Positions 10,233 to 20,236 of a stretch of 64,000 nt of DNA are shown here, one piece after another. Origin of the DNA: a virus (lineage: Duplodnaviria > Caudoviricetes). Numbering within the stretch: the first letter of the stretch is position 1; every line of letters begins with the position of its first letter. Where the stretch lies: the IMG/VR virus record IMGVR_UViG_3300037010_001838; one strand, given 5' to 3'. The position numbers and the translations under genes are program-made. The notes beneath the pieces are model-generated. The model did no database searches. It saw only the letters and a list, made by a program, of their open reading frames with translations, and was not told the origin of the DNA.

Positions 10233-10296
10233 TTGACTTTAGGGTAATGATATGAGATAATACTTACATGACATCAGGGGTCAGTAGGGAGGTATA
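10233..10296 (+). repeat. duplicated promoter/leader cassette, copy 2
   Basis: TTGACT-17-GATAAT and a 40-nt segment matching 8745-8784 with one mismatch. Confidence 0.8.
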
Positions 10297-10443
10297 CAAC
10301 TCTTATTTTAGAGCAATTCAGCAGTCAACAAAATTCTTTCTATCAGCACATCAAAACATTCAATGCTCACAACAAGGTGTTCCACAGTATAATGGGCACT
10401 CGTCAACCCACTATTGACGGGGTGGTTCTTTGTGTCAACCTTC

Positions 10444-10721
10444 GCATGGATAGTGGGGTCTGACGCGCTTCAAATCGCGCATCAATAGTGGGTTCAGGCA
10501 CACCCAACCTTCGCATGAATAGTGGGGTTTGATGCGCTTCAAATCCCGGATCAATAGTGGGGTTTGATGCGCTTCAAATCCCGGATCAATAGTGGGGTTT
10601 GATGCGCTTCAAACACCGCATGAACAGTGGGGTTTGATGCGCTTCAAATCCCGCATGAATCGTGGGTTCAGACACACTCAAACCCCGCATGAACAGTGGG
10701 GTTTGACGATCGTCCAAAACC
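10444..10721. repeat. tandem array of eight 34-35 bp palindromic units
   Basis: Consensus GCATGAATAGTGGGGTTTGATGCGCTTCAAATCCC; no unique spacers; GGGGTTTGA/TCAAATCCC internal inverted repeat. Confidence 0.9.
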
Positions 10722-10894
10722 GTTTTGGAACGACATTGATCCGAATTTAACGTTGATTTCCTTGGAAAAATGCGAGATAATGATAGGTTATAGTTTGGAA
10801 CTGGACGACCCTATTACAAACTATAAAAAGGGTAACCGAATCGTTTGTTGACTTTACCCTAATACCCCTCCCCTTTTCAAACCAAAACCAAATA

Positions 10895-11239
10895 CTATTT
10901 AACAGGATGATTATTAGTATGAGATGTACTATAGCCATAAACATCAGTAAGAATAACCGTTTCACCAGGGTTAACAAGATAATCATGTGTAACTTTATGT
11001 ATAGAGATGATACGATATACACTATAAGCAGATACTGTTGAATATGAATCACATACAGTAACAACAGAAGTGTGAGGATCATTGGATATTACAACATTAA
11101 CAACTTCAATAGGTTGGAACACTATCAAACCATCTGTAATATCGTGGATAATACCAACACATTGAATACTATTATCGTTGTTTGTATCATAGTTCATCGT
11201 TATTGGTATACCAATCAAACTTTTCAAAGAATAATCCAT
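10895..11239 (-). CDS. hypothetical protein, possible Sm-like fold
   Basis: Start MDYSLKSLIGIPITM after GAGAAC SD; beta-rich LKSLIG..V....VGIIHD pattern. Confidence 0.5.
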   Translation of the reverse strand: MDYSLKSLIGIPITMNYDTNNDNSIQCVGIIHDITDGLIVFQPIEVVNVVISNDPHTSVVTVCDSYSTVSAYSVYRIISIHKVTHDYLVNPGETVILTDVYGYSTSHTNNHPVK

Positions 11240-11251
11240 TTTGTTCTCTTT

Positions 11252-11336
11252 TTGTTTACTAGTAAACAATAAATCATTTCAAAAAATATGTCAAATTATT
11301 GTTTTCTTCTTTGTTAAGATAAGTTTACTAGTAAAC
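11252..11336. promoter_or_regulatory. two copies of palindrome GTTTACTAGTAAAC
   Basis: 18-bp perfect palindrome 11252-11269 and 14-bp copy 11323-11336. Confidence 0.6.
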
Positions 11337-12028
11337 AAATAAGTATTTTCTCCAATTTCCTTTTAACTCTTTGTTTATTCGAGGATATAAAATTGTCCCA
11401 ACTACCATTAAAGTCACAAAAACCTAGTTACATTGTACCAACCGTGTATTCATGCGGGTTTTCAATCCATCAAACCCCTGTATTGACGCGGGTTATTTCT
11501 TCTGTTAAAACAACAGATTATCTGTGTGTTGACATATTCCTCACACTAATATACAATGACGTTAATAATATATTGATATCATAACAAAGAGGTATAAAAC
11601 AAATACTTCATTCACTTGTGACATCATGAACTTTTGTAAAAAGTAGATAACCCTTTAAGTAATTTTTAATTGGTGAACTGCTTGAAAAAATTTTAACTTA
11701 TATCACATTAGAGTATTCATCTAAAGAACAACAAGTCTACAATGAATGGCATGAGCGTGATGTAATAGATGGATATCAACAAAGAAGCAATTAAGCCTAA
11801 TTCGTATTTTAATCAGGCAACAATAGCGAATGGACTTGATTCGAAAGTGGGATAAGATTTGGGATACTAGTAGTGGCCCGTGTTAGTTCCTGTATCACCA
11901 CCAACAAGGTATTTTTGTAACAGCACACAGGGAAGCAGAGATATAATACATTGATTAACCTTCTTTATTTAATAACAGGAGAAAATGTGAAATGAATATT
12001 AATTTAAACAAAGAATTGGGTTCACGAA

Positions 12029-12310
12029 ATGACTGAAACTGGTTATCGATATCTTGGGTATTACGTTCCCCAAAACACAATTGATGAACTACGTCGATAT
12101 GCGTTTAATGGAGTCCCGTTGGGAGGCTTTTTAGAAGCAGTCGTGTCTAATGATTTAGTTAGTGCAGTCAGTAGAGCCGACTCCTATAATCAAAATAATC
12201 TTCCAGCTCTTGTTGTGTATGTATACAATGAACTTCCTGCCGAATGTTGGGGTTCTAGAGAAACGTATGAACATTGGCTTGATAAATTTAGAGAAAATAC
12301 AAATGAATGA
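12029..12310 (+). CDS. hypothetical phage protein
   Basis: 93 aa; GGFLEAVVSNDL..AVSRAD..N pattern recalled from phage hypotheticals. Confidence 0.7.
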   Translation: MTETGYRYLGYYVPQNTIDELRRYAFNGVPLGGFLEAVVSNDLVSAVSRADSYNQNNLPALVVYVYNELPAECWGSRETYEHWLDKFRENTNE

Positions 12311-12696
12311 TCAACAAAGACAAATCACTACTCTTATTGTGATAGATTTGGTGTTTATAGAATTTGCAGCAGTTGAGTTAGAACAAGAATAGCAACCGAT
12401 TAGTACAGATCCTCTGAACGGTACAAACATTTTACTTTCGGGTGAAATGTATTTGTCCAGGTGATTGGTGAATTAAGACAGGTTACTGGTCTTACATAGA
12501 TAAACAATTTATTTTATATGGAGGGTTGTGGACACCAAGATGCTCAGGCTTATTGGGGTAAAGTTGTTCTCGTATCAGGAGAGTGGTGGGATATTAAAAG
12601 ATGGACAGGATGTTCGGAAACGATTGGTGATAACAACATTGCATCTACCAGATGAGCAATTGTTAGAGCTGCGGCAGAAATTGGAAAGGAAGTTAA

Positions 12697-13164
12697 ATGA
12701 GTGGAAGCATTCGACCCCCAGATGGATATGTTGGAGAATCAATGTTCTTCAACCCACGGAAAGAAACTGCAACATATCTTGTAACTAAAGATGATTTGCT
12801 CCTTGTGGAAAATCAACTTATACACGAATGTGAGTGGACGTCAGCTGATTGTACAGTTAGTGGAATGGAATTTAAGGATGTCCTTAAACTGTATCCTAAC
12901 GTTAAGGGTATAGCAATTCCTATGAAATTTAAATTTGATACACAAGACATCCACTATTTAACAGCGCATTTTGGTTGGAGTTGTTTAGGAATAGGGTTCG
13001 GTCAAATGTTTTTTGAAAAAATTGGGGTCAACGAACCACCAACGTTTGACACGGAATGTATGGGTCGTGAAACTACAAGAAAGATGTTGCATGATTTTGT
13101 TGACTTTATTGTTGACAATGGAATCAGTGATGATTGGAAATCAAAGGAGAACAAAGATGACTAA
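12697..13164 (+). CDS. hypothetical protein
   Basis: AAGGAAG SD, 155 aa. Confidence 0.65.
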   Translation: MSGSIRPPDGYVGESMFFNPRKETATYLVTKDDLLLVENQLIHECEWTSADCTVSGMEFKDVLKLYPNVKGIAIPMKFKFDTQDIHYLTAHFGWSCLGIGFGQMFFEKIGVNEPPTFDTECMGRETTRKMLHDFVDFIVDNGISDDWKSKENKDD

Positions 13165-13466
13165 AGAAGTTTATACAAACAATGGAGATGGTTCTAGTTC
13201 GTTACATTGATTTAAAGACACTCCAATTGAAAAGTTAAAAAACTTGGATGAGGTGTCTGGTGACTACGAATAAATATTGGGGTTCGGGTGATGGGGTTCA
13301 GATTACAACACTAACGTTCCCAGATGATTTTGATTTGAGTATTTTGGGTCTTTCGGAGTATGATTGGGACGATGCTTCAGTTGAAGACATATATGCAGGT
13401 TTAGATGTGTAAACATGTTGTAATTACCTCATTAATAAATACAATATATTAATGGAGTAACTACTA

Positions 13467-13694
13467 ATGATTCCAGGTGGATATGTTTCTTTTTTTAAAG
13501 GTGTTCCAATTCATTCTATTGTAACAAACTCTGTTAATTTAATATGGGATGTTTCAGCAACTCAACAAAAGAACACTGTTAATTTAAGCTGGGATGTTTC
13601 AGCAACTCAACAAAAGAACACTGTTAATTTAAGCTGGGATGTTTCAGCAACTCAACAAACGAACTCTGTTAATTTAATATGGAACGTAGATTAA
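13467..13694 (+). CDS. small protein with 15-aa tandem repeats
   Basis: GGAG SD; (NTVNLSWDVSATQQK)n encoded by 45-bp repeats at 13528-13685. Confidence 0.65.
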   Translation: MIPGGYVSFFKGVPIHSIVTNSVNLIWDVSATQQKNTVNLSWDVSATQQKNTVNLSWDVSATQQTNSVNLIWNVD

Positions 13695-13711
13695 TATAAA
13701 GGAAAACACTT

Positions 13712-14266
13712 ATGGCATTAATTGGAACCGATTTAAAATTTGTAACGGCTGGAAATACTAGTTCGACTCTTGGTGATATGTTAGGTGGGAATTGTTTCTA
13801 TGGAGCGTCTTCAGGAACTTATAGAGCTCTGTTAAGCTCTTCTCTTAACGCTGTGTTCCCAGAAATTACACTTGCTCAAGCTTCTACTGGACAAATAGAC
13901 TATTTTTGCGTAGGGGTGGTAAACACCAACGCAGCGTCAGTTTCCGATAATACAAGAGTATGGTTATCTGCTGATTCGACATCACCCGACACATCTATTC
14001 AAATAGGACTTGGAACCAGTGGAATAGTTACGTGGTCTTCTGGATACAATACTACTATTATAGAACCGAGAACTGCAAATCATTTCGTTGTACCATCTGG
14101 TGTAACATTTGCAAATTATACCGGAACCATAGCAAATTCACTGTTGCTTGGAACACTCCAACCTGGGTATAGTAGAATGTTTTGGATTAAACGAACAGTT
14201 AATCCAGGGGCAGCAACATATTCAGGTGATAATTTTACATTGAACGTCGCAAATGCAACATCATGA
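13712..14266 (+). CDS. putative virion structural protein
   Basis: AAAGGA SD; Ser/Thr/Gly-rich beta protein with IDYFCVGVVNT and WIKRTV motifs typical of jumbo-phage structural proteins. Confidence 0.55.
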   Translation: MALIGTDLKFVTAGNTSSTLGDMLGGNCFYGASSGTYRALLSSSLNAVFPEITLAQASTGQIDYFCVGVVNTNAASVSDNTRVWLSADSTSPDTSIQIGLGTSGIVTWSSGYNTTIIEPRTANHFVVPSGVTFANYTGTIANSLLLGTLQPGYSRMFWIKRTVNPGAATYSGDNFTLNVANATS

Positions 14267-14575
14267 TAAAATAATATTGATGGTTTCGTATTAAACGGTC
14301 AGTTTCTCGTGTCGTTTGATGTTGGGTATGGGATATTCTCCACAAAACTCAATTTTTGGTTTTGTTTATATTGTTTAGAACTTTAACGTGAAGAGTGTAA
14401 CTCATTATGATGTTTACTTATTGTGTAATATATAGGTAATTATATACAAAAGACGATAAAGTATTAACAGAAATTTAACTGGGAACGTTTTGTGTAGATT
14501 ATCGTATATACAGAACAATCACCTCTTTTTATTTTGAGGTGTGTGTTCCAATAAATGGTCTGAAACGAAGAATAA

Positions 14576-14908
14576 CTATCTCCTCATTTTTGCAATGTCT
14601 TCTGCTTCTTCTTGAGAGAAAACTGGAATAGCGTTACTTTTGTGCATTGTACTAATCCCTACAATCTTATCACCTGTATAAACGGGTGATGGAATTTTTG
14701 CTGTATCTCCAATCGTTGGTTTGTGACTATTAATTGGAGGTGGTAGTCTGTCTTCAGGGATTCCTAATTTATATGTTGATTTTGGAGGAGGAGAATCTGG
14801 ATTACATTTCCATTTCTGGTTAATGTAATCCGTCATCGCCTTATCGGCCTTTTGTTTCGCTGATGATTTCTTTTTCCGTTTAGATGAAGACTTCATGTAC
14901 ACAATCAT
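14576..14908 (-). CDS. conserved T4-like phage hypothetical protein
   Basis: C-terminal YTGDKIVGISTMHKSNAIPV...AKMRR motif. Confidence 0.7.
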   Translation of the reverse strand: MIVYMKSSSKRKKKSSAKQKADKAMTDYINQKWKCNPDSPPPKSTYKLGIPEDRLPPPINSHKPTIGDTAKIPSPVYTGDKIVGISTMHKSNAIPVFSQEEAEDIAKMRR

Positions 14909-14909
14909 A

Positions 14910-15656
14910 TCAAACCTCCACTATGAAGTTTGGATTAAACAATACACTTTCATTTCCATATCCCCTTTGGTTTGAAATAATTCGCGTTTTCCCAATCATT
15001 CCATCAAAATTGCTGTGAGTGTGTCCATAGAACCATATACCTTCCCAACCCATAAACTCCTCCATGTTTTCAGTGAAATATGAATTTAAAACATTCGAGC
15101 CATATTTCGGGTCCACGGTTATGGGGTGAGGAGCAAAATGAGAAATTACAACTCGTTTCTGCCCTTCAGTTTCTTTAATCCAATGAGCCAATTCCCGACG
15201 AAAGATTTCATGTTGTTCGATATGGTTTTGTGTTTTCCAAAGAATACGAGGGTCATCCGATACCCGAATTAAAATAAAATCATTGATTCCCCGTTCCACC
15301 TGAAGTCGGGCCAATGCGTCTGTGGTTCCATTCAATGTGAATTGAGTAAACATTGTTCCGCCAAAGAAGTTAATATCATCAATCTTCGTTGAAGAGTTAT
15401 TGAGAAAATGAAAGTTCGGAAACTTGGTTTCTAATTCTGTGTGATAAGAAATAACATCATCCACCAAAGAATGGTAAAATTCATGGTTCCCTATTACACA
15501 CAAAATTTTAACACTAGAAGGAATTTGAATTAAAAACTTATCAAGTCGATTCCTAGTATGTATATCACCAGACAGAATGAGTACATCTTCTCCGTCGTAA
15601 GAATACTTCATATCATATCCTTCAAGGTGGAGGTCTGACAATTGTTTAATTTTCAT
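14910..15656 (-). CDS. calcineurin-like metallophosphoesterase
   Basis: SDLH, GDI, GNHEFY, SHFAP, GHTH motifs. Confidence 0.9.
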   Translation of the reverse strand: MKIKQLSDLHLEGYDMKYSYDGEDVLILSGDIHTRNRLDKFLIQIPSSVKILCVIGNHEFYHSLVDDVISYHTELETKFPNFHFLNNSSTKIDDINFFGGTMFTQFTLNGTTDALARLQVERGINDFILIRVSDDPRILWKTQNHIEQHEIFRRELAHWIKETEGQKRVVISHFAPHPITVDPKYGSNVLNSYFTENMEEFMGWEGIWFYGHTHSNFDGMIGKTRIISNQRGYGNESVLFNPNFIVEV

Positions 15657-15782
15657 ATATAATTCCCTTTAATAAATTTAAACTAAAAGATTATTACACA
15701 TGCTTCACCAAAATTTATCAACAGGCAATGTTGTATTTTTATTAAAACAGTATAAAATGTGTTTTTTGAGGGGCGATATATT

Positions 15783-16127
15783 ATGAAACGATGGGTAGTA
15801 AAATACACTAATGCTAACACACAGACAACTAAATGGGTTACTCTCAATGGTGGAACGTCTGAAAAGGAAGATTCAGCGTTTATGTATACAAAAAAAGGTG
15901 TAGCAGAGAACAGAGTAAAAGATATAAAAAAGTACCATTATGGATGTATAGACGTTGAAATGGTTGAATACGAATTCTATCCAGTAGATGGTAAAACTTC
16001 AAGAGTTTCAAGACAGATGACACCAAAGATGAGAGAGATAATGTTGAGGTGTGAAGAATTTACTGTTGATGAAATGTGGACTATGTTGTTGGCGCTTGCT
16101 GAATCAAATGTAAATGAAAATGAATGA
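15783..16127 (+). CDS. hypothetical protein
   Basis: ATG after GAGGGG SD. Confidence 0.6.
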   Translation: MKRWVVKYTNANTQTTKWVTLNGGTSEKEDSAFMYTKKGVAENRVKDIKKYHYGCIDVEMVEYEFYPVDGKTSRVSRQMTPKMREIMLRCEEFTVDEMWTMLLALAESNVNENE

Positions 16128-16389
16128 TGCTCCATTGTGTATTAATTGTAAACATGAATTTAAAATTTGGGTTATATCATATTGTGACCTACGTCTGTCG
16201 TTGGTTAATGGTAAGCCTGATACGTCATGTTCAGTAATGCGGTTGAGTTTTGGAGAATGTGGACTGAAGGGGCAGTTATTCGAACCAAAAACACCAACAC
16301 CTGACACCAAAGTTGAATCCACTTTAACACAGAAACTAACTTCATGGTGGAAATCATTTTTCATAAATATTAAATCCAAATGGAAATGA
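16114..16389 (+). CDS. hypothetical Cys-rich protein
   Basis: CINCKH...C...C...C pattern. Confidence 0.55.
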   Translation: MKMNDAPLCINCKHEFKIWVISYCDLRLSLVNGKPDTSCSVMRLSFGECGLKGQLFEPKTPTPDTKVESTLTQKLTSWWKSFFINIKSKWK

Positions 16390-16391
16390 TA

Positions 16392-16604
16392 ATGAAATTA
16401 GCAGACTTGTTTGAAAAAGATAACGATTTTGATGCTCAAAATTCAATTGACCACAAAGCTAAAGAGATGACATTCCCTTCTGTTTACGATAAACATGACT
16501 ATGGGAAAGATACTAAACCCAAAAGAGAAAAACTACTTGTCAAAAATACGAAAACAGGTAAAGTGTATGGGGCAAGAATGATTTGGCAACGCGATATAGA
16601 TTAA
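16392..16604 (+). CDS. hypothetical protein with MKLADLFE N-terminus
   Basis: ORF within 16380 frame; shares N-terminal motif with several other genes. Confidence 0.55.
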   Translation: MKLADLFEKDNDFDAQNSIDHKAKEMTFPSVYDKHDYGKDTKPKREKLLVKNTKTGKVYGARMIWQRDID

Positions 16605-16822
16605 ACTAACTTAATCTTCACGATAGAATTAATAGGAACGATAATCGTTTGTTCTATTGGGTTTGTCGTAAACCTTTGACGTTCCTCTGTTTTAATAGCC
16701 ACAAAAACTTCATCATATAATTCAATTGTTCCCACCAGTGATGTCCCATCTATTAATGAAAGAGACAATGTTTTATCAATCAAAAGATTTAGTACATCTT
16801 TTACCTGACCTGTTATATTCAT
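16601..16822 (-). CDS. Sm/Hfq-like small protein
   Basis: LIDKTLSLSLIDGTSLVGTIELYDEVFVAI...IIVPINSIVKI matches Sm1/Sm2 spacing. Confidence 0.55.
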   Translation of the reverse strand: MNITGQVKDVLNLLIDKTLSLSLIDGTSLVGTIELYDEVFVAIKTEERQRFTTNPIEQTIIVPINSIVKIKLV

Positions 16823-16984
16823 AATTAATACTCCATCGTTTAACTTATTTAGATATTTGCTGAAAAGCCATACTTTGAAAAATAATTTAAATAACCCTGT
16901 TGTGTTTCGTTGCTAAATAGTGTTCTTCTATAGTAATATAGAATGGTGATAAAGAAATCACATAACCTAAGGAGATTTAAAAAT

Positions 16985-17644
16985 ATGAAAAATTCAATGC
17001 TTATTGCTTTACTTTTGGGTTCTGTTGTTGCGTCGTCCGCTTTTGCAGGTGGTTTATCAGGTAGTGTTGGTGTTGCATCTGACTACGTTTTCCGTGGTGC
17101 TTCACTTTCAAACAACGACCCGAGTATTCAGGGTAACGTTAAATACACTCTTAATAATTTGACAGTTGGCGCAACCGCAACTTCTGTAAAGAATTCAGGT
17201 GACGACGTTGAACTGGACGCCATGATTAACTATAACATTCCTGTAACCAATGATGTTTCAGTTGATGTGGGTGCTATTAGTTACAACTTTCCTGGTGTTT
17301 CATCTCTCCAAACCACAGAGTATAGTGTTGCTGGAAATTTGAAGTTTGATAATGTCACAACACAGTTGAAAACGTCTTATTCTTCTGACTATTTTGGTTC
17401 TGGAAAACATTCTTTTTATACAGAAGTTAATGGAACATATCAACTTCCTTATGGGTTGATTGGTGTTGGTCACATTGGACATCTTGACCTTGATGGTGCT
17501 TCCAACAAAGCAAATGACTACAAACTTGGACTTAATAAGCAGTTCACCAAGAATATCGTTGGAGAGCTTGCTTGGGTTGACAGTAACAACCTAACTCTTA
17601 CGTCTGGTAAGAGGTGGACAGTTAGTGCCAAGTACAACTTCTAA
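16985..17644 (+). CDS. TorF-family (TIGR02001-like) outer-membrane beta-barrel protein
   Basis: Signal peptide; SDYVFRGASLSNNDPSIQG motif; C-terminal aromatic YNF. Confidence 0.85.
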   Translation: MKNSMLIALLLGSVVASSAFAGGLSGSVGVASDYVFRGASLSNNDPSIQGNVKYTLNNLTVGATATSVKNSGDDVELDAMINYNIPVTNDVSVDVGAISYNFPGVSSLQTTEYSVAGNLKFDNVTTQLKTSYSSDYFGSGKHSFYTEVNGTYQLPYGLIGVGHIGHLDLDGASNKANDYKLGLNKQFTKNIVGELAWVDSNNLTLTSGKRWTVSAKYNF

Positions 17645-17660
17645 CTCTTTGTTTTAACAC

Positions 17661-17692
17661 GAAAAAGGGGGAAGATTATCTTCCCCCTTTTC
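17661..17692 (+). terminator. bidirectional rho-independent terminator
   Basis: AAAAGGGGGAAGA-TTA-TCTTCCCCCTTTT. Confidence 0.85.
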
Positions 17693-17731
17693 TATGTTTG
17701 ATAAATATAGTAACTTTAAAGGGGTTCTATT

Positions 17732-18550
17732 GTGAATAAGGCAAACATCTTAATGTGTGAACCAACTCACTATTCAGTTGATTATGAGATTAATTGTTGG
17801 ATGAATGGGAATGTTGATTGCGTAGATACTGATTTAGCACACAAACAATGGACAGACTTTAAACGAATACTTGAACAACATGCGACAGTTCAAGTTATAT
17901 CTGGTCAACAAGGATTACCAGATATGGTGTTTACTGCTAATGCTGGTTTGGTTGTAGGAAACAGTGTAGTTGTGTCTCAATTTAAAAATAAAGAACGAAA
18001 AGGGGAAACACCTCATTTCCGTAAGTGGTTTAAATGTAACAACTTTGAAGTTGTTCCAATTAATAATCAAATTGTGTTCGAGGGTGCTGGGGATTGTCTG
18101 TTAGGGAACAAAATATATTGGTGTGGGTATGGGTTTAGAACATCAAGAGGTGCTGCCGTCCACCTTCAAAATGTTTTAACGTGGTGGTATAATAAACAAG
18201 TCGTGCCCATTGAGTTGGTAGACGACAGATTTTACCATCTTGATACGTGTTTCTGTCCTTTGAATGATGGAAGTGTTATGTTATATCGTCCTGCGTTGGG
18301 AGATAACAGTTTCAAACACATAGAAACAATATTCGGTAAAGACAATATCATTGAAGTTAGTGAAGAAGATGCTTTAAACTTCGCTTGTAATGCAGTTAAC
18401 GTTGACAAACAAGTAATTACTAATTATGTAAGTGATGAGTTAAGGATGAAGTTAATCACACGAGGTTTTGAAGTCATCACAACACCAATGAGTGAGTTCA
18501 TTAAAAGTGGTGGTGGGTGTAAATGTTTAACTCTACAATTAAGCAATTAA
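17732..18550 (+). CDS. amidinotransferase / dimethylargininase family (pentein) protein
   Basis: PDMVFTANAG, FEGAGD, FYHLDTCFCPL, GGGCKCLTL motifs. Confidence 0.9.
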   Translation: MNKANILMCEPTHYSVDYEINCWMNGNVDCVDTDLAHKQWTDFKRILEQHATVQVISGQQGLPDMVFTANAGLVVGNSVVVSQFKNKERKGETPHFRKWFKCNNFEVVPINNQIVFEGAGDCLLGNKIYWCGYGFRTSRGAAVHLQNVLTWWYNKQVVPIELVDDRFYHLDTCFCPLNDGSVMLYRPALGDNSFKHIETIFGKDNIIEVSEEDALNFACNAVNVDKQVITNYVSDELRMKLITRGFEVITTPMSEFIKSGGGCKCLTLQLSN

Positions 18551-19495
18551 TAGTAACACGCTTAATTGAAACGTCAGTTCGTGAATATTAGACACAAGTT
18601 GTTTGCTTGAATCTTCCCACCACGGTGAACAATTCGATGTAACTATTTGATTCGCTGCGGATATTTCCGATGAATTAACAAAAAACATTTTAACAATTTT
18701 AAAGTTGGTTCGTTGACGTTTTTCGTTTACAGCTAACTTTCCTCCTTGTTCTAGTCTAATTTCAAAAACATTAGATGGGTCGTGATTATAGTGAGCAATA
18801 TACAAAACAGACACGTCTATATTCTGAACCACTTCTATTTTATCGGAGATAGATTTTCCAAGGAACATTCTCCACCCCGGCCAATTCTCAAACACACCTT
18901 CTGGAGAAAGAGGAATATTCAACTGTGGATGTTCTCGGACCCACAACTTATATTCCTCTGGTGAAGACAAGTTTAAAGAATGAACAAACTTCATTGTTTC
19001 TTCTAATGAAAGTCTTGGTTCCGTTTGTTTAGAATAGTGGATATACTTTGAACCTAAAAAATCTTTCCATATCGTCCATTCTGGATAAACGAATTCTGGA
19101 TATCGTGGAATAAAACAGGTATTTGTCTCTTTGTGCCAAGCCCTCCATTGATGACTAGAACCAAGTTCTAATTTCAAAGCAAACTGTTTCGCGTCTTCAT
19201 AAGATAGGTATGGAATGGGTCTTGTTCCCAAAAAGTCAGTATCAGATTTCCACTCTCCGCGTATTGCATATGAACACTGGGGATTAGCTGGAATAAACTT
19301 TGGACGAATCAAACGTCCTTTAAGTGGACCCTTCTTATATCGTAGTTTTGCAAATTTTAACCACTGACGATAGTTCTCAAATCCCAAACGATTTACCCAC
19401 ACTTTTGCGTCTTGATATGGTATAAAATCTTTTTTGGGTTGTCCATTATTGTTTCTTACTTTCATAAAATCAAATGGTTCTTTGTTTTCTGACAT
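18539..19495 (-). CDS. integrase-repeat-unit containing protein
   Basis: Three repeats of YEDAK.F...L.L.S...W..W...P..P...Y..W..W..FLG. Confidence 0.7.
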   Translation of the reverse strand: MSENKEPFDFMKVRNNNGQPKKDFIPYQDAKVWVNRLGFENYRQWLKFAKLRYKKGPLKGRLIRPKFIPANPQCSYAIRGEWKSDTDFLGTRPIPYLSYEDAKQFALKLELGSSHQWRAWHKETNTCFIPRYPEFVYPEWTIWKDFLGSKYIHYSKQTEPRLSLEETMKFVHSLNLSSPEEYKLWVREHPQLNIPLSPEGVFENWPGWRMFLGKSISDKIEVVQNIDVSVLYIAHYNHDPSNVFEIRLEQGGKLAVNEKRQRTNFKIVKMFFVNSSEISAANQIVTSNCSPWWEDSSKQLVSNIHELTFQLSVLLLIA

Positions 19496-19594
19496 AATTA
19501 AAATGTGAAAGTTGATAATATTTATCCTGGAAAACCAACGTTTGTCTTATTTTACATAAATAGATTCATAATATACATTTTATAGGAGTTTATT

Positions 19595-20236
19595 ATGGAC
19601 ATCGGACGTTTAAAAAATCTTGCAGGTATAATGGAATCAGCACCTTCTTCTGGTATGTCTAAGGGAGAAAAGTCAGAAGTTGTAAGCAAAGCAAAGAAAG
19701 GTGAAGACCTTGGTTCTAAAGGAAAAAACTTTAAGAAAATCGAAAAGAAAGCTGCTGCTCGTTATGGCTCTGAAGAAGCGGGTAAGAAAGTTGCTGCAGC
19801 CGTTATGTGGAAGAAAATGGCTAAAGAGGGTATTGATTACTCCGATGAAGACATTGTTCGAATTTTAGAAGCCGCTGAAGAAGCAGATGCTGAAGATACA
19901 GACAAGGATGATAAAAAAGACAAAAAAGAAGAAAATAAGGACGAAGAAAAGAAAGACAAAAAAGAAGATAAAGATAAAGATGAAGATGAAGATGAAGATA
20001 AAGATGAAGAAGATAAAGATGACGTAGAAGAAAGTTTTATGTCTGACATTCGTCGAACTGCTGGAATTGAAACCGACCCAAGCATTGAATCTATGGAAGA
20101 AGAGTCTGATACTTTCATCGTTTTTGAATCCAAAAAGTCTCCAACTGTCATTGGTGTTTTTCATAAAGCAGAAGACGCAAAACAGATTATGAAAAAATAC
20201 AAAAAAGCAGTTTCACGTGGATACAAATCAAAATAA
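19595..20236 (+). CDS. acidic/basic low-complexity protein, probable internal head protein
   Basis: AGGAG SD, ATAAATA upstream, long D/E/K tract. Confidence 0.75.
   Translation: MDIGRLKNLAGIMESAPSSGMSKGEKSEVVSKAKKGEDLGSKGKNFKKIEKKAAARYGSEEAGKKVAAAVMWKKMAKEGIDYSDEDIVRILEAAEEADAEDTDKDDKKDKKEENKDEEKKDKKEDKDKDEDEDEDKDEEDKDDVEESFMSDIRRTAGIETDPSIESMEEESDTFIVFESKKSPTVIGVFHKAEDAKQIMKKYKKAVSRGYKSK

Noticed and set aside
10444-10721. CRISPR array
   Set aside because: Units are head-to-tail with no unique spacers and no cas genes are in the window.
19837-20164. Minus-strand Ser-rich and Phe/Ile-rich ORFs
   Set aside because: Antisense shadows of the low-complexity D/E/K tract of the 19595 gene.
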